Assembly (NCBI GenBank): GCA_018830005.1
Contig: JAHJTE010000003.1
Location: 7,674-71,673, forward strand
Origin: Candidatus Omnitrophota bacterium
Lineage (GTDB): Bacteria; Omnitrophota; Gorgyraeia; JAHJTE01
Length of the DNA: 64,000 bases
Reading direction: 5' to 3'
Position numbers and translations under genes: made by a program. The notes beneath the pieces were generated by a model. That model did no database searches. It saw only the letters and a program-made list of their open reading frames with translations, and was not told the origin of the DNA. Every line of letters starts with the position of its first letter. The first letter of the stretch is position 1. Shown here in pieces: positions 48,577 to 57,342 of the stretch.

Positions 48577-50700
48577 TTAATCCGCAGCCTTGGGTACCGT
48601 AAACATTTCATCAATGACGCTATCAATATCTCTCTGCATACCTCTTCTATACCATCCGGGAATCCTGCGCTCAAGTGAGCGCTTAAAATCATTTCTGACC
48701 CAACTCAGTCTGGGAGTATGTATCGTGCCTCTTAAGGTAAAAGGAAACTCTACAAATGGTGAAACATCTCCAATTACCTTAAGTAATTTCTTAAATTGAG
48801 CCGATTCTGCCAAGACCTCCTGACTAAATTGCGCGCTAAAGTAACCAGAGACCTGATTATCATTATTAATATGCATATTTGTTTTTAAAATTGCGTCTTT
48901 TCCCCAGCTCTTGAGTCCATATCTGTAAATTCCTTGTTCTAGAAATGAAAAATTTAACTGCATTCTATCAAAATCAATAACCTTTAAAGATTTAATCTTC
49001 ATGTATTCTGATAAACCTAATAAAATAGCTGTTTCTTTAAGCTGGCCGTCTTGTATTAATAATACACCTTCGCAGAATTGATTGCCTTGCGAACGGACAA
49101 ATAACTTTGCAGAGACTTCACCTAAAAGATTGTAGGGCAAATTAAGGCTGGTCTGAATCTCGGCAGCATTGATTCCTTCTGCATGCAATCGTAATGTATG
49201 CTTATAGACTGGAGAGGATTCAATATTAAGATCGCCGGAAACCTTACCGTTAAAACCAGAAAGAAGAATGTTTTTAATCTCAAGGCCTTTTTCGTTAAAA
49301 TCCAGATTAGCAGACAGATTAGAAAAATTCAATTGCTTATCCTTCTCCCCCTCTGCCTTCTTAGCCAGGACTGAAAAGATTATTCCATTGATCGACAATA
49401 AACCTTTATCTTCCTCCTGCGAAAACTTAAAATCCTCAATCTTCAAAGAATTTAAATTGTTATCTGCTGACTCAAAAGTAACCTCTGCGTTGCCTAGAAT
49501 ACAAGGACCCTTCTTCTTGAAAAGAGCCTTTGCCTCTATTGAACGCGGCAAGAAGGCAATGGCCTTATCAGGGTCTTTTATGATGATATCTGCGGTTAAC
49601 TTTATTATATCTTTCTTTTGGCGAATTTCACTATTTAATCTAAGCGGTATATCATTGACAATGAAGAACAGATTATCTACTTTTAGCCCCCTATCTGTCA
49701 AATAGACCTTTCCTACAATATTTTTAACTAATGGCAAGGGCGCATAATGAGAACTCGCACCCAAGAAATTTAAGGCTAGGACAAATTTCAAATCATCAAC
49801 AGGGCCTCTGACATTAGCAGCTAAATTAAAGGTACCATGTGTGCCAAAATCCTTAACTAGAGATTGTATGTTCTCAATAGAAAGATTGCTGGAATTGATA
49901 ATGACATTAATCAAGGGTGTCTTGCTTTTAAAATTTTTAACCAGGGCATTACCCGTAATATGATCATAGCCTAGGGACAGATCGAATCTCTCAACAAGAA
50001 ATTCGTTATCTTTCAAATTCGCCAAAAACTCATAACCTAAATTCTGAACTAATAGCTCCCTTCTAAAAAACCGCGCAAACGAAGAATCTGGTAAAAACTT
50101 ACACTCTATAGTAAGCGAACCTTGAGAGAATATTTCCTCCTTACGGATAAGAATACGCCCCCCAAGTTTAGCAAGCCATACCCCACCTTGGTCTTGCGAA
50201 CTATCAATAAAAATAAACTTTAATGCCTTAACAATAACGTTAGGATTTTTAAAATCAACCTCTAAAGGGATAATCTGATTTTTTAAAAATTCTTCGTAAG
50301 CTGCCTTGGCGATTGCTGCTAATCTATCCAGGCTCTTGAAATCCTTGTCTACATAGACAGCCGCGTCTTTACATCTTAATCTATTAACGTTGAGCTTCTT
50401 AAGGAAAACATCAAAGGCGTCAAAACCAAAGCTGAGCCTCTTGGCCTTAAAGAGCAGTTTTGGCGGAGTGGAATTATCTATTACTGCCAGGTTATGAAGG
50501 GTTATGCCGCTTACAACATCAAAAGTAACTGCAGAAAGATAAATCTTACCCAGAGACTCATCGATATTATTATTTATCTTGCTAGTATAGCGGAAGAGAA
50601 ATAAAGACAGGTAGAGCTGAATTATAATAACGAAGCAAAGGAGGAAAAATATTATGCTTAATATGCGTTTAGGGCGAAACGCTAAGGAAAAGTTTATCAT
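48577..50700 (-). CDS. AsmA-like / DUF748-type beta-rich envelope protein
   Basis: N-terminal TM anchor, repeated amphipathic beta strands, C-terminal FTLRGTIHTP motif typical of AsmA-like proteins. Confidence 0.6.
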   Translation of the reverse strand: MINFSLAFRPKRILSIIFFLLCFVIIIQLYLSLFLFRYTSKINNNIDESLGKIYLSAVTFDVVSGITLHNLAVIDNSTPPKLLFKAKRLSFGFDAFDVFLKKLNVNRLRCKDAAVYVDKDFKSLDRLAAIAKAAYEEFLKNQIIPLEVDFKNPNVIVKALKFIFIDSSQDQGGVWLAKLGGRILIRKEEIFSQGSLTIECKFLPDSSFARFFRRELLVQNLGYEFLANLKDNEFLVERFDLSLGYDHITGNALVKNFKSKTPLINVIINSSNLSIENIQSLVKDFGTHGTFNLAANVRGPVDDLKFVLALNFLGASSHYAPLPLVKNIVGKVYLTDRGLKVDNLFFIVNDIPLRLNSEIRQKKDIIKLTADIIIKDPDKAIAFLPRSIEAKALFKKKGPCILGNAEVTFESADNNLNSLKIEDFKFSQEEDKGLLSINGIIFSVLAKKAEGEKDKQLNFSNLSANLDFNEKGLEIKNILLSGFNGKVSGDLNIESSPVYKHTLRLHAEGINAAEIQTSLNLPYNLLGEVSAKLFVRSQGNQFCEGVLLIQDGQLKETAILLGLSEYMKIKSLKVIDFDRMQLNFSFLEQGIYRYGLKSWGKDAILKTNMHINNDNQVSGYFSAQFSQEVLAESAQFKKLLKVIGDVSPFVEFPFTLRGTIHTPRLSWVRNDFKRSLERRIPGWYRRGMQRDIDSVIDEMFTVPKAAD

Positions 50701-51214
50701 TCTGGAATATGTCTATTTTATCTACATATTCTTTTAATAGATAAGTGTTGCCAAGTAGTGAGGTTATGCTTTTCTCTTTAAATTCCGAGAAGACAAAAAA
50801 GACTGGACTTGCAAAAAATTCATTCCTGATTTCTTTTATCAACGCTTGCGTCTTATCGCTCTTCTCCCATTTGACATCAGAGATAATCTTATAGAGGATG
50901 CTCTTAGTAAAAAGGCTCAATTTACTTTCTGGATAAGAATTTAGAAGATCAACCAATTCAGGAATGGCCATTGAAAACTCTGACTTCAAAAAATAATATT
51001 CGGCTATAGCGAATTTAGCCTCGGCAGCATACCTGTACTCAGAATCTTCTCTTAAGAGTTCAGTCAAACTCAAAAAAGCAAAATCCTGCCTTCCCTCCTT
51101 GGCAAAATGCCGAGCGTCATTATAAAGAGCATCAACAGAAGTAAAAGAAGCACAGGATGTTAAAACTCCTAAGCAGGAGAATATCAAAATAAATATCACA
51201 ATCCTTGGTTTCAA
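50669..51214 (-). CDS. TPR lipoprotein (BamD/pilotin-like)
   Basis: Likely TTG start after GGAGGGGG; LTS-C lipobox; TPR AKFAIAEYYF...LL.SYPES. Confidence 0.65.
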   Translation of the reverse strand: MKPRIVIFILIFSCLGVLTSCASFTSVDALYNDARHFAKEGRQDFAFLSLTELLREDSEYRYAAEAKFAIAEYYFLKSEFSMAIPELVDLLNSYPESKLSLFTKSILYKIISDVKWEKSDKTQALIKEIRNEFFASPVFFVFSEFKEKSITSLLGNTYLLKEYVDKIDIFQNDKLFLSVSP

Positions 51215-51238
51215 TTTACCCCCTCCAATAGCCTTGCC

Positions 51239-51318
51239 TCTTGCCTTAGGCAAGAATACAGCAAGTTCATTTGGCCTTATTTTTCAGTTATTATAACACC
51301 TTACTTGCGTTAAATCAA
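51239..51318 (-). promoter_or_regulatory. Promoter of the lipoprotein-AsmA-pilB1 operon with downstream palindrome
   Basis: TTGATT-17-TATAAT with extended TG (51318-51290); perfect palindrome TCTTGCCT-T-AGGCAAGA (51239-51255). Confidence 0.6.
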
Positions 51319-51731
51319 TAAGTTAAGTATTTACGTAGGAGCTTCCATGTATTACGGCCAACCTTGCCATCAACCAAAAGATCATGCGTCTTCTGAAAGG
51401 CCCTGATAGCCGCTTTTGTCTTTGGGCCTAACTTGCCATCAATTTTATCAACATCAAAACCAGCGGACTTTAGGGCCTTCTGTATCTCTTCCACATTGCC
51501 AGGGAGATTTGACTCAACTTCCTGCTGTATTTGTTCAGGGGCATCTTTCTCTTCTTCCTCCTGCAACTCCTCGGCTAGAATAGAGGCATTAATCGTTGAC
51601 ATATCCACAATAATCTCAGGCACATCAGACTGCGCACCTATAAGTGTTTGCTTTCTTATATTAAATATAATCTGCAAAATTATAAATATAATAAATACTG
51701 TAATTAAGCCTGACCAGAATTTTTTAGACAT
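51315..51731 (-). CDS. Membrane-anchored peptidoglycan-binding domain (PG_binding_1) protein
   Basis: N-terminal TM, acidic linker, IQKALKSAGF...IDGKLGPKTKAAIRAFQ...DGKVGRNTW. Confidence 0.88.
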   Translation of the reverse strand: MSKKFWSGLITVFIIFIILQIIFNIRKQTLIGAQSDVPEIIVDMSTINASILAEELQEEEEKDAPEQIQQEVESNLPGNVEEIQKALKSAGFDVDKIDGKLGPKTKAAIRAFQKTHDLLVDGKVGRNTWKLLRKYLTY

Positions 51732-51757
51732 TATTTCCTAGCAATTAGTGATCTTGA

Positions 51758-52024
51758 CTACTTATGAATCTTTTTCTCCTTAATCTTGCCTATATTTATT
51801 ACTGTTGCTGTTCGCCTCGTCTTGTAGGTAGCCCTCCGTTTCGTAAAATACACCTTCCCTGTTTCTAATGCATAAAGGGTACCTCTACCACCAACATGAA
51901 TACCCGGTTTCCACTTTCCGCCCTCGCGAGTAAGAATCGCACCCTTTCTGACTTCTTCACCAGAACTCACCTTTAATCCTCTAGTCTCTTTATAATTTAT
52001 ATGAGACAACCCGCCTTTTCTCAT
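51758..52024 (-). CDS. rpmA: Divergent 50S ribosomal protein bL27-like protein
   Basis: GLK..SGE.V.KG.IL.R...KWKPG.HVG...TLYAL..GKVYF matches the L27 core; SD AGGAGG. Confidence 0.75.
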   Translation of the reverse strand: MRKGGLSHINYKETRGLKVSSGEEVRKGAILTREGGKWKPGIHVGGRGTLYALETGKVYFTKRRATYKTRRTATVINIGKIKEKKIHK

Positions 52025-52045
52025 CCAAGCCTCCTGATTTTGATT

Positions 52046-52915
52046 TTATTCACAGTTTTCATCACATGGCTCCATGTGGATTACGACATCGCTTACTCCT
52101 GCAATCTCCTTCTTGATTTTTTGTTCAATAAATGAACTCAAATCATGGGCATCAGCAAATCTTGTGCGCTTATTGATTAGAACATGTAAATCCATATGGA
52201 CATCATCAGCCCTGCCGCGTGTTCTAATCTTGTGACATTTTATTACGCCCGGCACCTCAAGACAAATCTGTTCAATCCTTTTTGCCTCAACAACAGTAGT
52301 ATCGCATAGCACCTTTGAGGCCTCAAGAATTATCTCAACTGCAACCTTTCCGATAAAAATACTGATCATTAAAGCAATAATGGGATCTAACATTACCATG
52401 CCCATCTTCACAGCTAAAAAACTAAAAAGAACTGACAAAGACGTAAAGATATCTGCTCTCGTATGCATGGAATCCGAAATCAGTATATCACTAGCAAGAC
52501 GCTTTCCTTCTCTATGCTCATAAATCATAACTCCTAGATTAATTGCCAACGTCAACAGCATCACACTTACGCTGACAATATCAATGTTGGGCGTAATTGG
52601 ACTGATTACCCTTTTTAGACTTAAAGAAATAATATTAAAACAAGCCAAAAAAAGCAATAAGGCTATGCCGATTGAAGTAAGTGTCTCGTATTTCTTATGG
52701 CCATAGGGATGATCTTTATCAAGAGGCAGATAAGCAATCCAAACCCCCAGTAATCCGATGATATTAGAGGCACTATCTGAAAAGGAATGAAAACTATCTG
52801 CAACCATACTTGTACTGCCTATTTTCTGGCCGAAAATAAATTTAGCCAAGGCCACAGCAAAATTTAGAAACAGGGTTAAAATAAGCACCCTCTTGATTTG
52901 GCTACCCTTTCCCAT
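52046..52915 (-). CDS. Cation diffusion facilitator (FieF-like) metal exporter
   Basis: ADSFHSFSD, DKDHPYGHKKYE, HTRAD, C-terminal HKIRTR...DLHV...AHD...HMEP. Confidence 0.93.
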   Translation of the reverse strand: MGKGSQIKRVLILTLFLNFAVALAKFIFGQKIGSTSMVADSFHSFSDSASNIIGLLGVWIAYLPLDKDHPYGHKKYETLTSIGIALLLFLACFNIISLSLKRVISPITPNIDIVSVSVMLLTLAINLGVMIYEHREGKRLASDILISDSMHTRADIFTSLSVLFSFLAVKMGMVMLDPIIALMISIFIGKVAVEIILEASKVLCDTTVVEAKRIEQICLEVPGVIKCHKIRTRGRADDVHMDLHVLINKRTRFADAHDLSSFIEQKIKKEIAGVSDVVIHMEPCDENCE

Positions 52916-52972
52916 GTCTATCCTTTTTCTACTATAATTAATAAATCCCTATCTTGCCGCTAGGAAGCAAAG

Positions 52973-53089
52973 AAAAAAATGAATGGAACCTCGCGAGTTT
53001 ACCCTATAAAATGCGCCCTATAATTGTGCAAATTCTGCAGGGAAACATTTTACAGGACTGCTCCAACAAGCTCCATTCAAAGTCCCTTC
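52973..53089 (-). ncRNA. Candidate ~110-nt rod-shaped structured RNA followed by a U-tract
   Basis: Long imperfect inverted repeat whose mismatches resolve as G-U pairs only on the minus strand; T7 immediately after. Confidence 0.45.
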
Positions 53090-53101
53090 TATTCAGTCTT
53101 C

Positions 53102-53524
53102 CTATTTTGCTACTTTAAATTTTTCGTTTAATTTCGAAAAGATATAAGAAGATGCTGCGTCCTGTAGGTGGCTATTCAAACAAATTATCTCTACGCTGGT
53201 AAGATTGGGTTTTTCTGCTTTGAAAAATAAACCTACCTCCGTAGTGTCAATTGCGTCTTCAAAATTAATCGCTATAATCTGACCTATCTGGCTATCTTTT
53301 TTAAAGACTTCAGCCTCCATGCTTTCTAAGATTTCCAGGCACTCAGTAAAACAGCCAGAAAAAGAACATCGAAAGGCCGCTACTTCCCCTTGGCCTCTTT
53401 TTCTCTCAAGTGCCTCTGTGGATGAACCCCAGAATTTCTTTCCTGCCTCTTGTAAGTTTGCACAACTTACCAGGGGAATCGAAAGAATACAGATAAAAAT
53501 TAAAGTTCTAAATTTCCCATTCAT
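53102..53524 (-). CDS. Hypothetical lipoprotein (DUF3568-like)
   Basis: LVS-C lipobox; small alpha/beta domain; promoter TTGCAA-17-TATAAT 8 nt upstream of the ATG. Confidence 0.65.
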   Translation of the reverse strand: MNGKFRTLIFICILSIPLVSCANLQEAGKKFWGSSTEALERKRGQGEVAAFRCSFSGCFTECLEILESMEAEVFKKDSQIGQIIAINFEDAIDTTEVGLFFKAEKPNLTSVEIICLNSHLQDAASSYIFSKLNEKFKVAK

Positions 53525-53649
53525 TGTTGCTAATTATACCAAGAAAACGTCTCTTTTGCAAATATCTAACTAAACTAACAAGGTGAAGTCTCTTACTAGA
53601 CGAGAAAGGCTTATGGCTCTCTAGAAAAACCCCCTGCCTAGTTTCTGGC

Positions 53650-55035
53650 CTATTTTGGGTCACTGATCAACACTGACTTTATCTTCTTCCAGCGGCCTAT
53701 CTCAAACCAGATCAAAATAAGGATGCCATTTAGAGCATAGGAAGTAGCAAGTGCCAACCATACTCCGTATAACCCTAAGGAAGTGTACTTAGAAAGGTAG
53801 AATGCTGCAGGTATCAAATACAACCATAAGCTAAAAAGCGCAATCAACATTGGGACCAGTGTATCTCCTGCACCTCCTAAGGCCCTATTTAATACCAGAC
53901 CCAAAGCAATAAAAACATAAAAGGGAGCGCAGGTCTTGATAAACTCAGAACCCAATAGCACAACTTCAATATTCTTCGTAAATACCGAAATAACCTCTTT
54001 TGAGAAATAAAATAAAAGGATGCCGACAATCGCCATAATTATAAAATCGAAACCGGTTGCAACCCAAGCGCTTTTTCTAGCGCGAAGGATCTTTCCTGCA
54101 CCCATATTCTGCCCCATCATAGTTGCTGCAGCCACACCCAATGCAAACGCAGGCATCAATATATTAAAATTAATTCGCATGACAATACCAAAGGCAGCAA
54201 CAGCAACAGTTCCAAAACTAGCAACAATACCAATTAAAACCATGCCCGACACAGACCTAAAGAGCATTTGCAATCCTGCAGGCAGACCAATCTTGACTAC
54301 CTGCCTAATAACTCCAAAGTCAAATCTATAGTTTTTAAAATCAACGCTTACTCGACTCTTTCGGCTGTTAAGAAGTCTTAATGCTAAAAATGCTGAGATA
54401 CCTTGACCAATAATAGTTGCTACCGCTGCACCACTTGTTCCCATTCGGGGTAGGCCAAACCAACCAAAGATAAACACAGGGTCAAGAATAATATTAAATA
54501 TGTTGGCAAGTCCCATAAACACCATGGTCGGCAACACATCACCTGCTCCCTGCAAAACCGAATTCCCCAAAAAAAGCAGTATCAACGTAAAGCTCCCTAG
54601 CATCAATATCTTTAGATAATTCTCACCCTGTAAAATTACCTCACTGCTAGCTCCCAGAATGAATAACAAATTATTTGAGAAAAACATACCTATGATTGCT
54701 GCGATTAACGCAAGTATCAATCCTAAGGCCAATGACTGAATCGCAATAATATCAGCGCCTCTTCTATTCTTGGCTCCGACATTTTTTGCTACTAGAGAAA
54801 TCGTTCCAATTGAAATACCGCTTACTAAAGTAAAAACAAACATCATTACTGTGCTGCTTATTGCAACAGCAGCGATTGAATCCGGCCCCAGACGACCTAC
54901 CCAAAACATATCGACAAGACTTTGCATACCATGCAACAAGGCACCCACCATAAGCGGCAAAGACAAGGCTATAATATTCTTAAGGATACTCCCCTGGGTA
55001 TAATTGTTGTCTCTTGCAAATAGTTTTTTAATCAT
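53650..55035 (-). CDS. MATE family efflux transporter
   Basis: About 12 TM; VDMFWVGRLG, NIILDPVFIFG, G..GAA.AT, GQNMGAG. Confidence 0.94.
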   Translation of the reverse strand: MIKKLFARDNNYTQGSILKNIIALSLPLMVGALLHGMQSLVDMFWVGRLGPDSIAAVAISSTVMMFVFTLVSGISIGTISLVAKNVGAKNRRGADIIAIQSLALGLILALIAAIIGMFFSNNLLFILGASSEVILQGENYLKILMLGSFTLILLFLGNSVLQGAGDVLPTMVFMGLANIFNIILDPVFIFGWFGLPRMGTSGAAVATIIGQGISAFLALRLLNSRKSRVSVDFKNYRFDFGVIRQVVKIGLPAGLQMLFRSVSGMVLIGIVASFGTVAVAAFGIVMRINFNILMPAFALGVAAATMMGQNMGAGKILRARKSAWVATGFDFIIMAIVGILLFYFSKEVISVFTKNIEVVLLGSEFIKTCAPFYVFIALGLVLNRALGGAGDTLVPMLIALFSLWLYLIPAAFYLSKYTSLGLYGVWLALATSYALNGILILIWFEIGRWKKIKSVLISDPK

Positions 55036-55043
55036 GCCTAAAT

Positions 55044-55077
55044 AAAGAAAAATGCTGATGACTTTTTTGCCATCAGC
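55044..55077 (-). terminator. Intrinsic terminator after the Na/Pi cotransporter gene
   Basis: GCTGATGGC-AAAAAA-GTCATCAGC followed by ATTTTTCTTT. Confidence 0.6.
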
Positions 55078-55112
55078 TATTTAAAAGTTATATTTTTTAA
55101 AGGCCTTAAAAC

Positions 55113-56801
55113 TCAAGTCTTAAAAGCAGAATTCTTTTCCAGGACTGCGAAGTCTGCCTTTTTAACCTTATCATAAGAAAACTGCCCCAAGGCAGCTTGA
55201 GCAATATTCGTAAGGTGATCTGCAACCTTCTCCAGATTATTGATAAAATCAACATAAATCATTGCGCTTAAAGGCTCGCATTTCTTCTCGCACAACCTTT
55301 TTGTATGTTCGTCGAAAAACTTAACATGAATACGATTTACCTCACCCTCTAAAACTAAAACGCGCTTGGCGCAATTCTCATCAGAAGTCAAAATAGCAGG
55401 AATAACATTTTCGAACATCTCTTCAATCTTACCGTAGATAGTACGCATCTCAGCAATCGCATTGTTGGAAAATTTTACTTTTTCAGAAACAATCCTTTCT
55501 ATCAACTCGCCTACATTTACAGCATGGTCTGAGATTCTTTCGATATCATTAATCGTATGTAAAAGCGGCGGTAGTTGTTCTGATATATTTAACGTAAGGG
55601 CATCGGTTGAAAGTTTGGCTAAATAGAAGGTAATATCATGTTGAATATTATCAATCGCATCTTCGGTAGTCTTTATATGTTGGATTGTTTTTTTATTTTC
55701 CTCAAAGAAACTCGTCACTGCCAAGGCAAATACCTTCTTTGCCATACCCGCCATATAGGCAATTTCTTTTTTGGCAGCATCAATGGCAAGATGAGGAGTT
55801 GCAAGCAATTTATCCTGAAGATATTTCATCTCTCCGCTAATATAGGCGTCCTCTCCGGAAATAATATGTTTGATAAACTTAGAGGTAATGCCGATAATAG
55901 GGATAAATACCAAGGCATTCACAACATTGAACAATGTATGGGCATTGGCAATGTTTCTTGCGATAGTGTCTGTGTTAATAACTCCCGGCGTAATCCAATC
56001 AACGACTTTAGGGAATATTCCCCAATAAGTAAGAAAACCAAAATAGACCACACCGATAATATTAAATATAGTATGAAAACAGGCCATGCGTTTAGCAGAA
56101 AGTGTCCCGCCAATACTGGCAAGCCAGGCAGTAACCGTTGTGCCAATGTTATTGCCTAATAGTATATAGATGGCTGCCTGAAAATCAATCAGACCTGCAC
56201 CGCTTAAGGCAATTAACATACCTACAGAAGCAGAGCTTGATTGAACCAAACTCGTAAAAATTGTGCCGGCTAAAATTCCTAGAAGAGGTTTTTGAGAACA
56301 TTGGGCAAAGAAATTATGCACCGCGGAAATATCCTTAAGCGGCTTTGCTACTCCGGACATAATTGACAGGCCTAAAAATAAGATACCCAATGCAAGTATT
56401 ACCTGACCCCAAAACTGCGTTTTCATCCTGCGAGAAAAAAGCATCATAAATAAACCCAGTCCTATAGCAGGTAATGCATATTGAGATATCTTAAAGGCAA
56501 TAATCTGGGCAGTAATAGTGGTACCGATATTTGCTCCCACAACTACACTTGCAGATTGAGCTAAGGAAATAATTCCGGCATTAATCAAACCAACGAGAAT
56601 GATAGTAGTCGCACTACTTGACTGGATTAATCCTGTAACTAAAGTTCCTGTGGCAATGCCCTTAAAAGGATTGCCAGTCAAAGAACGCAGTAACCTTCTC
56701 AGCTTAGTTCCAGCAACCTTCTGCAGTCCTTCGGAAAGGAATCTCATTCCAAAGATAAAAAGGCCTAGTCCACCAACTATTCCGAAAATAATATCTTTCA
56801 T
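55113..56801 (-). CDS. Na+/Pi cotransporter (PNaS family) with C-terminal PhoU domain
   Basis: Two QSSS repeats, GANIGTT / GNNIGTT, DIERISDHA, LEKVADH. Confidence 0.93.
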   Translation of the reverse strand: MKDIIFGIVGGLGLFIFGMRFLSEGLQKVAGTKLRRLLRSLTGNPFKGIATGTLVTGLIQSSSATTIILVGLINAGIISLAQSASVVVGANIGTTITAQIIAFKISQYALPAIGLGLFMMLFSRRMKTQFWGQVILALGILFLGLSIMSGVAKPLKDISAVHNFFAQCSQKPLLGILAGTIFTSLVQSSSASVGMLIALSGAGLIDFQAAIYILLGNNIGTTVTAWLASIGGTLSAKRMACFHTIFNIIGVVYFGFLTYWGIFPKVVDWITPGVINTDTIARNIANAHTLFNVVNALVFIPIIGITSKFIKHIISGEDAYISGEMKYLQDKLLATPHLAIDAAKKEIAYMAGMAKKVFALAVTSFFEENKKTIQHIKTTEDAIDNIQHDITFYLAKLSTDALTLNISEQLPPLLHTINDIERISDHAVNVGELIERIVSEKVKFSNNAIAEMRTIYGKIEEMFENVIPAILTSDENCAKRVLVLEGEVNRIHVKFFDEHTKRLCEKKCEPLSAMIYVDFINNLEKVADHLTNIAQAALGQFSYDKVKKADFAVLEKNSAFKT

Positions 56802-56856
56802 AATTTCAAAGTTTTCCCTTTAATCCAGTATACAATAACATAAAAAAAAATTAGAT

Positions 56857-57333
56857 TCAAGTTAAATTAAATAACGATTTCTTCTGACACTTCCGGCATA
56901 TATGCACTTCGCTAATTTTATCATTTAGCCTTACATTAATGTGGTTAGCCTTATAAATAGGGCTCTTGCAATAGTCACAGCTAAATTTTTTGAAACAGGC
57001 CCGAGAGTTAACATTCCATTTAGAAATAATACGTATAAATTCGGATTTTAATTTTGCAGGAGGTGATAAATCTCTAATCTTTAAGTTGACTTTTACTTTA
57101 GGGTAGGAAATTTTTAAATTCTTCTGGCAGTTCCTACACAGGTGCAGAGGCGTCTTAAATTGCGCGATATAGAGCCAATGATGCCAGGCGCGCCTTAAGA
57201 CCCTACGGCAGTTTCCACATTTAAAAATTCGATAAACTCTGCCTGGCTTAATATGCCATGTCTTTACTATCTTTAGAAGTTGTTCCTGGGCTATATTAAG
57301 GTTTGCCTTCTGACTTTGACTCTTTTTGTGCAC
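56857..57333 (-). CDS. Basic hypothetical protein with two tandem CxxC...H.CxxC zinc fingers
   Basis: FKCGNC...HLCRNCQK and FSCDYC...HICRKCQK; GTG start with AAGG just after the treT stop. Confidence 0.7.
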   Translation of the reverse strand: MHKKSQSQKANLNIAQEQLLKIVKTWHIKPGRVYRIFKCGNCRRVLRRAWHHWLYIAQFKTPLHLCRNCQKNLKISYPKVKVNLKIRDLSPPAKLKSEFIRIISKWNVNSRACFKKFSCDYCKSPIYKANHINVRLNDKISEVHICRKCQKKSLFNLT

Positions 57334-57342
57334 CTTATTGAC

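Noticed and set aside
52973-53089. SRP (4.5S) or 6S RNA
   Set aside because: No CAGG-GNRA-GGAAGCAG helix-8 motif; too short and no large central bubble for 6S. Kept only as an unknown structured RNA.
53562-53649. GC-richer intergenic segment with weak hairpins after the MATE gene
   Set aside because: Stems are short and compete with each other; no U-tract or recognisable motif.
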